Below, in pieces: positions 8,723 to 15,898 of a DNA stretch of 32,000 bases. The notes under the pieces are model-generated. The model was not told where the DNA came from and did no database searches. It worked only from the letters and a program-made list of their open reading frames with translations. This stretch comes from Candidatus Saccharimonadota bacterium (GTDB lineage: Bacteria > Patescibacteriota > Saccharimonadia > Saccharimonadales > UBA4665), in NCBI GenBank assembly GCA_963716945.1, contig OY970322.1, forward strand, positions 720,001 through 752,000, written 5' to 3'. How positions within the stretch are numbered: the stretch's first letter is position 1; each line of letters starts with the position of its first letter. The translations under genes and the position numbers were made by a program.

Positions 8723-8828
8723 AATGCTTTTCTTCTTGCAAGAAGGACAGTTTGATAAGTGTATTTCTTTTGGATTTACGCTTATCCTAGCGCTTATGGT
8801 AATCCAGTGAAAAATTTTTGTCAACCTT

Positions 8829-8904
8829 TGGAGCCGGCGGAGGGAGTCGAACCCACGACCCGCTGTTTACAAAACAGCCGCTCTGGCCACTGAGCTACGC
8901 CGGC
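8829..8904 (-). tRNA. tRNA-Thr (anticodon TGT), CCA encoded
   Basis: The reverse complement folds as GCCGGCG-TA-GCTC..GAGC-G-GCTGT-TTTGTAA-ACAGC-GGGTC-GTGGG-TTCGACT-CCCTC-CGCCGGC-T-CCA. There is one U:U mismatch in the T stem. 76 nt. Confidence 0.85.
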
Positions 8905-9172
8905 CTGAAAAACTATTGGCTAACAGTCATAAAGTGTAGCAAAAACAGGGATAATTTACTACCGGAAGCTCGTCCGCCCGAGGCCATAAAGCGGCCCGGA
9001 CCTAATGTCCCGCAACTAGAAACACCCCTGACGGGGTGCTTTGGTGTGCCCGAGAAATCTATCCTCGTGTTTGCACGTTATAACATTATTTTAATACGAG
9101 TAGGTTGACTGTAAGAATAATTACACTATTTTACTTGCCTGTTTCTCTCTGTTAAACTAAATGACGTTGTAT

Positions 9173-9247
9173 GCCATCTTAGCTCAGGGGTAGAGCACGT
9201 CCATGGTAAGGACGGGGTCCGGGGTTCAAATCCCCGAGATGGCTCCA
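9173..9247 (+). tRNA. tRNA-Thr (anticodon GGT), CCA encoded
   Basis: GCCATCT-TA-GCTC-AGGGGTA-GAGC-A-CGTCC-ATGGTAA-GGACG-GGGTC-CGGGG-TTCAAAT-CCCCG-AGATGGC-T-CCA. A perfect cloverleaf by hand folding. Confidence 0.9.
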
Positions 9248-9259
9248 AACACACCGCGT

Positions 9260-9344
9260 GCAGGGTTAGTGAAGCGGTCAAACACGGCTGACTGTAAATC
9301 AGCTCCCTTCGGGTTCGGGGGTTCGAATCCCTCACCCTGCACCA
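9260..9344 (+). tRNA. tRNA-Tyr (anticodon GTA), long variable arm, CCA encoded
   Basis: Acceptor GCAGGGT/ACCCTGC, anticodon arm GCTGA-CTGTAAA-TCAGC, long variable arm TCCCTTCGGGTTC (bacterial class II Tyr), T arm GGGGG-TTCGAAT-CCCTC, A, CCA. Confidence 0.9.
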
Positions 9345-9407
9345 CACATTTTACCTCTGTTATTTTATTTGTAGTATTCGGTACGCCAGAATTTTGCATG
9401 GTATGAT

Positions 9408-9596
9408 ATGACCATGAATTGTCCATCATGCAACAAGCTCATGCGTAAAGTTCGTTGGGAAATTACCAATAACTTTAAAGTCGGAAAAGACTTCAAGGAA
9501 TATGATAAGTTTACGTATGAGTGCAAAGACGACGATGTTTGGGTGACTACGGAAACTCCAATCGTCGAAAAACCGGCGAGGGGCAGCGCAAAATAG
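9408..9596 (+). CDS. Hypothetical small protein with a single N-terminal CxxC knuckle (degenerate zinc-ribbon-like)
   Basis: 62-aa ORF MTMNCPSCNKLMRKV...YECKDDD. Visibly AT-richer than all neighbouring genes. TGGTATGAT (extended -10-like) sits directly upstream at 9399-9407. No family recognised. Confidence 0.4.
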   Translation: MTMNCPSCNKLMRKVRWEITNNFKVGKDFKEYDKFTYECKDDDVWVTTETPIVEKPARGSAK

Positions 9597-9667
9597 GGCG
9601 GTGACGCCTGCTATATTTGGCGCGGGTCATAATAGCTTATACGATTATCCGAATGTCCAGCGTTTTA

Positions 9668-12109
9668 TTACGCGACGGCGACAGCGCCGTTAGCGTTACC
9701 GTTTCCATTGCCGTTACCATTCACGTGCGAAGGTTGTATAGAGGGGAATAGCCTGGCCGCCTGGCTGGCAGAATAGCCGGCGTAGCGCCCGAGGAGCTGC
9801 TCGACTTCCCGGCGAGCCTTGAGGGTTTGCGGTGACGGGGCGGAATCCAGCAGTTCAGCGACTCCCAGCTTGTGGCGGCCGGCTGTGAAACGCAATATTT
9901 TGCCGACCATTGAATGGCTGGCCGCGCCTGCCGGGCGCAAGGCGTCGATCTTTAGGATCAGGCGCGGGTCATCCGCTATCTGGCGTTTAACTTGGTCTAT
10001 ATGGTCGGAAGCCTCACGCTGCGAGCAGCCAAGCACCGAAGCGACTTTTTTAGGCGTAATCGGCAGCTCGTCGGCCAATATATAAGCCGTCATCTGGGCG
10101 GCCTCAAGTGCTTCGGGAGTTTGGGGCTGGCTTAGGTCTTCGGCCGCCACGCCGTAAGATTCGTAGATCTTCATTACTATGTCTTCGGCTTCCGGCGGTC
10201 TTGGAGCGTTATCCGGACTCATTAGATACTGGACTTCGGCTCGGAAGCGCGAATTGTTTTTCAGGAGCTTGGCAGCAGTACGAAGAAGCGGGCTTATGGT
10301 TCCGCGCTTACTGCCGATAGCTTTGCCGAGCTGATCCCGGCCAACGCAATCGTACTCGTTCATTATGGCAATAAAGGCCGCCCGGGCCCGAATGGCCTTA
10401 CGGGTACGGCCCCGCTTTAACTCAGCCTGATTAATTTCATAATAGCCCCTGACCGAACCCAGAGTCTCGGCCACCCGGTTTCTAGGCTTCTCGCCCCTGG
10501 CTAAAGCCTCGATCTCTTCGGCGAATACCCTCTTGCGGGCCGCCACGTCGGCAGCAGTTTTAGCCAAATCCAAAGCCGAACTGTGCTCTCGGTTATCAAA
10601 ACAAATGCCTACTTCGGCCATCGGCAAACGGGCCTGCTGACACCTCAGCATCGCTGCCCGCCGCGCCCGGCGGGTCATGAAGTCGCTTACGTCGCGGCCC
10701 ATTACCTTGATGGCCGGCCGGTTATAATAGGTGGCCGTATCCCTGATAATTTCATAAACGGCCTCTTTAATGTTCGGGTGGACCAGCCGTTCGTCAATAT
10801 CCGGCAAGTCGCCCTCGCCTACCAGCGCCACGGCCTTAGCCTCCCCTGGCTCACCGTCCTGGAAGACAAATGGTGCGGGCTTCTGGCTGAAAATTTGGCC
10901 GCGGACCCATGCCATCTGTTCGTTCAGCAAAGGACTTTCCAGGAGCTGCCGTTTAATTAAGAACCTGGCCCGCCGGACTACGCCTTCCCTGGCGAAACCA
11001 AAAAACTTGGCTATTTCCGGCGCGTAGGCATGGCCTCTTTCGGCTATTAGCGACATCGCCATACGACGGGCATACAGATCATCCGCTTCCAGTCCGGCCA
11101 TCACATCGGCCTTATCCTTGCCGGTAACTTGGGCTACCAGCTCGACGATCCGGTCATTAATTGAGAAGTCCACGGCCTCGGCGTTTTCGATGTAGTCAAT
11201 TTCGGCTGCCAGCATCGGATTGTCGGCCATTTCATCTTTGATGATGCCGGTCAATCGGGTCACCGTGGAACTGCTGATATCCAGCGCTTCTCTGGTTTCC
11301 TGAACCGATAGACCGAGCCTTTCGCGCAACAAGTAGGCATTGACGGCTTTAGGCCGGTCCAGACTAGTCGGCGACTTGCCTTCCGGTACGGTTTCGGGGT
11401 TGACGCCATAGAAGCTGTGAGTGTTCACCATGACGCGTCTGGCCTCCAGCTTAGGCGGAACCGGCAGTAAGCCGTCTTCCAGGGTTGCTATCTGGCGGTC
11501 AAAGACTTTATCGGCCTGCCTCAGTCGGGCAATCCGTCTTACCGCGTGGGGAACCTCGCTGTATCCGCCAAGGTTGGCCCGTTTAATAATAACCGACGGC
11601 CTGATAACGGTCTTTTCTGATAGCAGGTAGGCTATGACTTGCCGGGCTTCGCTGGGTTTGTGCTGGCTGCTGCTGGCAATTTGTTCGGCTGTCAGGTCAT
11701 CATAATGCATCGCCACCAGTTCGGGCCAAAACGAAACCGTCTCCAGGAGCGGTTCGCCGGTAGCTGCGGCCGTCAGCCCTTCCAGGTGCGCTTTGAATTT
11801 GGGGTCTTCGGCGGCCCTATCTCTGGTTCGGTCGAGACGGCGTTTTAGCATGTTGGGCTTACGCCCGAGCTGCTGGGCCAACTCTTGGTCATCCATCAGA
11901 CCGTTATCGGATATTAACGTCAGCATGGCATTTCTGGCATCCTGCAGTTGCGGGTCACGGGTATGGCTACCGTCTACCAACTCCCGGACCGGACGGTCGT
12001 AGTAGCAAGCGACGGCCAGGACCAAGCCGCCCAGCGTAACTTCACGGGGCATTGTTTCGGTTGCCGGGGCCAAAACCTCGGCAGCGGGCCGGTATTCCTG
12101 TTCACTCAT
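9668..12109 (-). CDS. Multi-HTH protein: about 8 tandem DnaA C-terminal (domain IV, Bac_DnaA_C-like) modules, no AAA+ domain, (Asn-Gly)n tail
   Basis: 813-aa ORF with a repeating unit of about 95 aa (approx. aa 26-112, 121-211, 222-308, 316-404, 446-536, 545-629, 641-724, 734-795). Units resemble DnaA domain IV. For example GYYEINQAELKRGRTRKAIRARAAFIAIM and FDNREHSSALDLAK compare with E. coli [29 protein letters not shown] and [15 protein letters not shown] (recalled from memory). No Walker motifs. Confidence 0.6.
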   Translation of the reverse strand: MSEQEYRPAAEVLAPATETMPREVTLGGLVLAVACYYDRPVRELVDGSHTRDPQLQDARNAMLTLISDNGLMDDQELAQQLGRKPNMLKRRLDRTRDRAAEDPKFKAHLEGLTAAATGEPLLETVSFWPELVAMHYDDLTAEQIASSSQHKPSEARQVIAYLLSEKTVIRPSVIIKRANLGGYSEVPHAVRRIARLRQADKVFDRQIATLEDGLLPVPPKLEARRVMVNTHSFYGVNPETVPEGKSPTSLDRPKAVNAYLLRERLGLSVQETREALDISSSTVTRLTGIIKDEMADNPMLAAEIDYIENAEAVDFSINDRIVELVAQVTGKDKADVMAGLEADDLYARRMAMSLIAERGHAYAPEIAKFFGFAREGVVRRARFLIKRQLLESPLLNEQMAWVRGQIFSQKPAPFVFQDGEPGEAKAVALVGEGDLPDIDERLVHPNIKEAVYEIIRDTATYYNRPAIKVMGRDVSDFMTRRARRAAMLRCQQARLPMAEVGICFDNREHSSALDLAKTAADVAARKRVFAEEIEALARGEKPRNRVAETLGSVRGYYEINQAELKRGRTRKAIRARAAFIAIMNEYDCVGRDQLGKAIGSKRGTISPLLRTAAKLLKNNSRFRAEVQYLMSPDNAPRPPEAEDIVMKIYESYGVAAEDLSQPQTPEALEAAQMTAYILADELPITPKKVASVLGCSQREASDHIDQVKRQIADDPRLILKIDALRPAGAASHSMVGKILRFTAGRHKLGVAELLDSAPSPQTLKARREVEQLLGRYAGYSASQAARLFPSIQPSHVNGNGNGNGNANGAVAVA
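9686..9721 (-). repeat. Imperfect AAY-GGN hexanucleotide coding repeat (NGNGNGNGNANG)
   Basis: Minus strand reads AAT GGT AAC GGC AAT GGA AAC GGT AAC GCT AAC GGC, 5 codons before the stop of the 813-aa ORF. Confidence 0.7.
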
Positions 12110-12194
12110 AATTAAACAGCCCGGAGGCCGTTATCTGTAATTATAACATAAAATGTCTTATATATACAACTTATTATGTCATATGTAAAAGATG

Positions 12195-12848
12195 TCAGAC
12201 GACGACGCGGCGCGGCCGGAGGATGCGCTTGCGGCGGCCGGCGGGTACCTTCAGCTTCTTGAGGCGGTCGGCGATCAGGTCGGCCTCGGCCTGCATGTCG
12301 TGGTTCATGTAGGCCTTGTAGAGCAAAGTGTAAGTCTCGCGGTTGGGCTCGAGCTCGGCGGCTTTTTCGAGTTCCTGGAACATTAGCTTGTCGTTGCCCA
12401 GCTTTTCCTGGACCTTGGCGTAGGCGACATGACGGGCAGCCAGGTTATCTTCAAGTTTGAGGGCCTGTTCGAAGGCGACAGCTGCCTTTTCGTAGTTCTC
12501 GGTCTCGTAATAGATAAGGCCGAGGTTGTGCAGGCTGGACGGCGTGGCTTCGATACTGGACGCGATTTCGAAGCAGTCGATGGCGTCACGGTATTCCTTC
12601 TGCTTGGCGTATAGGATGCCGAGACGGTTGTAGGCGGCGGCGTTCTTTTCGTCGATTTTGAGAATCGTTAAAAGGGCTTTTTCGGCGCGTAAGAAGCGGT
12701 TTTCGCGCATGCCCTGGTGGGCGATATCCCAAAGTTTGCCCAGCCGGTCGCCTACCTTGCGCGAAACGTTGGCGAACTCGTCATCACGGATCTGCCCGCT
12801 ATGGTAGGCCAGAACGACGAAAGCCGCGACTATTAATAGCTCATACAT
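12195..12848 (-). CDS. Membrane-anchored tetratricopeptide-repeat (TPR) protein
   Basis: N-terminal hydrophobic helix MYELLIVAAFVVLAY. Then 34-aa TPR-like units (AAYNRLGILYAKQKEYRDAIDCFEIASSIEA, SLHNLGLIYYETENYEKAAVAFEQALKLED, ...). Confidence 0.8.
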   Translation of the reverse strand: MYELLIVAAFVVLAYHSGQIRDDEFANVSRKVGDRLGKLWDIAHQGMRENRFLRAEKALLTILKIDEKNAAAYNRLGILYAKQKEYRDAIDCFEIASSIEATPSSLHNLGLIYYETENYEKAAVAFEQALKLEDNLAARHVAYAKVQEKLGNDKLMFQELEKAAELEPNRETYTLLYKAYMNHDMQAEADLIADRLKKLKVPAGRRKRILRPRRVVV

Positions 12849-12871
12849 CTATCGTTTTATTTTAGCATAGG

Positions 12872-13735
12872 CTAGAACGCCAGCATCAGGCTGGTCAAAG
12901 CCAGTTTGGGCTGGGCGCTATTGTTCAGGGCTTCGGCGGCCTCGTAGGCGGCACTCAGAACGGCTTGCCATTTATCGGCGGTCCGGCCGGTGGCGGTCTG
13001 CAGGCTGAGGCTGGCCATTTGCTGGAGGATGCGGGCCGTGTCGATGGCCAGCTGCCGCTGTTTGGACAGTTCGTCGACCAGCAGCAGCCGGCCGTAGGGC
13101 GGCTGGCTGAGGATTTGGCGGGCGTATTGGGTGGCCAGGGCCAACGGATGGTCGGTTGAGTCAAGCAGGGCCAACATCAGGCCCGGCAGGCCGCCGCTGA
13201 CCGCGTAAGCATGCTTGATGTCTTTGCCGTCAAGCTCTCGGGCCCGGAAGTAGCTTTCGACGGCGTCCCAGCCCGGCCGTTTGACCTGTATCGACTGGAC
13301 GCGGGAGAGGATTGTCGGCAAGAGGGCCTTTTCGTTGTCGGCCGTGAGGATTATGAACGTCCCGGCCGGCGGCTCTTCCAGTGTTTTGAGCAGCGCGTTT
13401 TGAGCCTCGTGGCTGAGCAAATGGGCGCCTTCTACGATAATCACCCGGCTGTGGCCCGGCCGGGTACCGGCCGGGACTTTGAGGCTCAGGAAATGCTCCA
13501 TCGCACGCACCGCTTCAATGCCTATAGCCTTACCCTCCTCGGAAGCTACCAGCATCTTATAGGGATAGGCGGCCAAGCCGTCGGCCGGCAGGCCGATAAC
13601 CGTTTCGGACAGGCGGACCGCCAAGGTTTGTTTGCCGCTGCCGGCCGGGCCGCTAAGCAACAGGGCGTGGGCCGGCGCGGCCGCGAAATCGGTTAGCTGC
13701 CGGCGCGTAACCGGGTGAATGACCAAATCATTCAT
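12872..13735 (-). CDS. holB: DNA polymerase III subunit delta'
   Basis: HALLLSGPAGSGKQTLA (P-loop-like), IIVEGAHLLSHEAQNALLKTLEEPPAGTFIILTA, and the LPTILSRVQ sensor motif. The start overlaps the upstream stop (ATGA). Confidence 0.85.
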   Translation of the reverse strand: MNDLVIHPVTRRQLTDFAAAPAHALLLSGPAGSGKQTLAVRLSETVIGLPADGLAAYPYKMLVASEEGKAIGIEAVRAMEHFLSLKVPAGTRPGHSRVIIVEGAHLLSHEAQNALLKTLEEPPAGTFIILTADNEKALLPTILSRVQSIQVKRPGWDAVESYFRARELDGKDIKHAYAVSGGLPGLMLALLDSTDHPLALATQYARQILSQPPYGRLLLVDELSKQRQLAIDTARILQQMASLSLQTATGRTADKWQAVLSAAYEAAEALNNSAQPKLALTSLMLAF

Positions 13736-14589
13736 GCCGGCACCAGCCTATTGAATTCCGGCGGCAAAGGCGCCTTAAAGGTATGGCGTTCGCCATCGGG
13801 CAGCGTTATCTCAAGACTCAGGGCGTGCAGGAACAGCCGCTCGGCCGGCCGGCCGCCATACAAAGTATCGCCGACAATCGGGTGGCCGAGATACTTCAGG
13901 TGGACCCGCAGCTGGTGGGTCCGCCCGGTGGCCGGCTTCAGCTCCAGCAAACTGAGACGCCCGTCAGTCTTAAGGACTTTGTACTCCGTCTGGGCCGGCT
14001 TGCCGTTGCTGCCGACCCTGAAAGTCTGGGGCTGCTTGGGGTTGCGCTCAATCGGCATGTCAATCAGGGCCTGCGGTGCTTTGGGCGTACCGTCTACGAC
14101 GGCCATATACGTTTTCTTAGTTTTGCGCTCTGAAAATTGTTTCTGGAGCTTATGGAGCGCTTGCGGAGTTTTGGCGCAAATCATGACCCCGCTGGTCGCC
14201 CGGTCCAGACGGTGGACTATGCCGGCGCGCTCCCCTTTGGGCGCCAGCATCCGGCCGCGCAGCCAGGTCGAAACCGTAGCTTCGGGATTAAAGGAGCCTT
14301 TGCTGTGGGTCAGCAAACCGACCGGTTTATTGATGACGACGCAGTCATCGTCTTCGTAGATGACCGGTAAATCGATCTCCGGGAAAGTGACCGTTTTGGC
14401 CTCATCGAAAACTATTTTGATCCGGTCGGCCGGCCGTATCTTATAGCCGGGCTTGAGCTGGGGAACTCCGTTGACCAGCACGTCGCCATCCTCGATTAGC
14501 CTGGCCGCAAAACCGCGGCTGAGACCGGGCTGTTTGCGTACGACATACTGGTCTAACCTCTCCGCCCTGCTAATCTCCAGGTTACTCAC
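13732..14589 (-). CDS. rluD: RluA-family 23S rRNA pseudouridine synthase (RluD-like) with N-terminal S4 domain
   Basis: S4-like RLDQYV...SRGFAARLIEDGDVLVNG and catalytic motif HRLDRATSGVMICAKT. The GTG start overlaps the trpS stop by 1 nt. Confidence 0.85.
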   Translation of the reverse strand: MSNLEISRAERLDQYVVRKQPGLSRGFAARLIEDGDVLVNGVPQLKPGYKIRPADRIKIVFDEAKTVTFPEIDLPVIYEDDDCVVINKPVGLLTHSKGSFNPEATVSTWLRGRMLAPKGERAGIVHRLDRATSGVMICAKTPQALHKLQKQFSERKTKKTYMAVVDGTPKAPQALIDMPIERNPKQPQTFRVGSNGKPAQTEYKVLKTDGRLSLLELKPATGRTHQLRVHLKYLGHPIVGDTLYGGRPAERLFLHALSLEITLPDGERHTFKAPLPPEFNRLVPA

Positions 14590-15662
14590 TATCCCCTCAG
14601 GCCGACGGCCTTTTGAACCTTCAAAAGCGCCGCGTTAGCCTGCTCGTTCATCAACCTTTCAGAAGCCGCCAGCTTGTCCTCAATTGCCTGGTCGTCAACA
14701 GCCGCCAGCTCGGCCTGGAAGCCTGCAAGGAATTGTCCGATGGCCTCGGCAACGGCGCTTTTCAGCGGGCCATACTGGGTCTGGCCGTCATATTCCTGCC
14801 TCACAGCAGCACGGTCCTGACCGCCGAACAAAGCTAATATATCCATCAGGTTAGCAATTCCCGGCTGGTTGGCCGGGTCATAAGCGATTTTGCCCAAGCT
14901 ATCGGTTGTAGCGGCCATTATCTTCTGCCGGGCTTCTTCCGGCGTGTCGGTTAGGAAGATAACGCCTTTAGCGGAAGCTCCGGACTTGCTCATCTTCTTG
15001 GCCGGGTCGGCCAGGTCTTTAATCCTGAGGCCCTGGTCTTTGCCGAAGAATTCGTGCTGCTGCTTGACCGGTTTCGGCACCGTGAACAGCTCGCCGAACT
15101 TATTGTTAAGCCGTTCAGCTATATCGCGCGTGAACTCCAAATGCTGAGTCTGGTCATCGCCCACCGGCACGTATTCGGCGCCGTACAGCAAAATATCGGC
15201 CGCCATCATGACCGGGTAGTTGAATAGGCCCACGCTGACCCGGCTGGCGGCCGCCAGCTGGTCGGCGGCTTGGTGCGCGGACGCCTGGTTTTCGGCCTGG
15301 CCTGATTTGTCCTTGAATTGGGTCATGCGGCTCATTTCGCCGAAGCCCGTGAAGCAGTCTAAGATCCAAGTCAGCTCGCTGTGGGCCGGCACATAGCTCT
15401 GCCGGTAAAGGTGGACATCGGGATTATCGAGAGGCAGCCCGGCAGCTGCGAAAACCCGCAGGTTCTGCCTGATGCCGGCCTGCAAGCCGGCATGGTCAAT
15501 CGGTGTCGTGAAACTATGCAGGTCCGGCACGAAGAGGTTGACCTGGTATTCGCCGGCCCTGTGCTTAGCCAGGTCGACAAGCGGCAGCAAAGCGCCGAGA
15601 TAGTTGCCGATATGAAGGTCGTTGTTGGCTCTCAGGCCGGTTAGGATAACTGGTTTGCTCAT
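14589..15662 (-). CDS. trpS: Tryptophan--tRNA ligase
   Basis: Class I signature LHIGNYLGAL (HIGH variant), KMSKS, and the TrpRS-typical GLFNYPVMMAADILLY. Confidence 0.9.
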   Translation of the reverse strand: MSKPVILTGLRANNDLHIGNYLGALLPLVDLAKHRAGEYQVNLFVPDLHSFTTPIDHAGLQAGIRQNLRVFAAAGLPLDNPDVHLYRQSYVPAHSELTWILDCFTGFGEMSRMTQFKDKSGQAENQASAHQAADQLAAASRVSVGLFNYPVMMAADILLYGAEYVPVGDDQTQHLEFTRDIAERLNNKFGELFTVPKPVKQQHEFFGKDQGLRIKDLADPAKKMSKSGASAKGVIFLTDTPEEARQKIMAATTDSLGKIAYDPANQPGIANLMDILALFGGQDRAAVRQEYDGQTQYGPLKSAVAEAIGQFLAGFQAELAAVDDQAIEDKLAASERLMNEQANAALLKVQKAVGLRG

Positions 15663-15674
15663 GGCTTGGCCTTA

Positions 15675-15680
15675 ATTATA
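15675..15680 (-). promoter_or_regulatory. Candidate -10 box for trpS (very short 5' UTR implied)
   Basis: Minus strand TATAAT lies 12 nt upstream of the trpS ATG (TATAATtaaggccaagccATG). Only a weak -35 (CTCACA) at 17 nt. Confidence 0.3.
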
Positions 15681-15737
15681 GCGGAGTTTTGATTTATTGT
15701 GAGTTATCTTATGGGCGGCGCGTTTCAGAAGTCATGC

Positions 15738-15765
15738 TTGTTTTGGATTGCTAATGGTATATAAT
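15738..15765 (+). promoter_or_regulatory. Candidate promoter of the aromatic operon leader
   Basis: TGGTATATAAT at 15755-15765 (TATAAT at 15760-15765; TGG-TATATA is readable as an extended -10). Weak -35 TTGTTT at 15738-15743. The leader ATG is only 10 nt downstream. Confidence 0.4.
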
Positions 15766-15775
15766 AATCATTGTT

Positions 15776-15841
15776 ATGAGTAAAGACTTAATGGCGAACA
15801 ACTATTGGTTTACGGGCCGCTTCCCGGGAGGTCTTTGTTAA
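15776..15841 (+). CDS. Candidate attenuator leader peptide MSKDLMANNYWFTGRFPGGLC (consecutive Tyr-Trp-Phe codons)
   Basis: 21-codon ORF, too short for the ORF track. TAT TGG TTT at 15803-15811 and an extra TTC at 15821. Stop TAA at 15839-15841 lies 30 nt before an intrinsic terminator. No clear SD, so it may be leaderless or have a short leader. Confidence 0.5.
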   Translation: MSKDLMANNYWFTGRFPGGLC

Positions 15842-15879
15842 AGCCGTCATAACCGCTTAGACAAAACACAAACCTCCCG
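15825..15879 (+). promoter_or_regulatory. Candidate antiterminator pairing of the attenuator
   Basis: CGGGAGGT (15825-15832, inside the end of the leader ORF) is the exact reverse complement of ACCTCCCG (15872-15879), which is the 5' arm of the terminator. The two structures are mutually exclusive. Confidence 0.5.
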
Positions 15880-15898
15880 CCAGGGAGGTTTTTTGTTT
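15871..15898 (+). terminator. Intrinsic terminator (attenuator) upstream of aroB
   Basis: AACCTCCC-GCCA-GGGAGGTT (8-bp stem, 4-nt loop) followed directly by TTTTGTTT. Located between the leader ORF and aroB. Confidence 0.75.

Noticed and set aside
8950-9010. SRP (4.5S) RNA candidate because of CCGGAAG / GGTCCGG strings
   Set aside because: The conserved domain-IV layout (GGAA tetraloop flanked by the symmetric and asymmetric loops, ...CAGGUCCGGAAGGAAGCAGC...) is not reproduced on either strand. The region is kept only as an unassigned structured region.
3190-9344. Functional link between tRNA-Trp / tRNA-Tyr genes and the aromatic amino-acid operons in the same window
   Set aside because: The tRNAs lie 6-12 kb away in unrelated transcription units, so co-location is most simply coincidence. 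Only the tRNA-Trp/HAD adjacency is reported.
8818-9429. ORFs 8818..9108(+), 9126..9347(-), 9203..9406(+) and 9226..9429(-) in the tRNA region
   Set aside because: They run straight through the tRNA-Thr, tRNA-Thr and tRNA-Tyr genes. The tRNA cloverleaves explain the sequence, so no independent coding evidence remains.
12110-12194. Possible oriC or DnaA-box cluster near the multi-DnaA_C gene. I also checked the spacers 8612-8828, 9597-9667 and 15663-15775.
   Set aside because: Only degenerate matches to TTATCCACA were seen (TTATCTGTA at about 12133, TTATCCGAA at about 9643, TTATCCTAG at about 8783). There is no cluster, no AT-rich unwinding-element pattern, and no dnaA/dnaN nearby.
15663-15775. 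T-box riboswitch or TRAP-type (G/U)AG repeat control of trpS
   Set aside because: The trpS upstream region is only about 100 nt and the -10 box is 12 nt from the ATG. That leaves no room for a T-box leader of about 200 nt. No spaced GAG/TAG repeats were seen.
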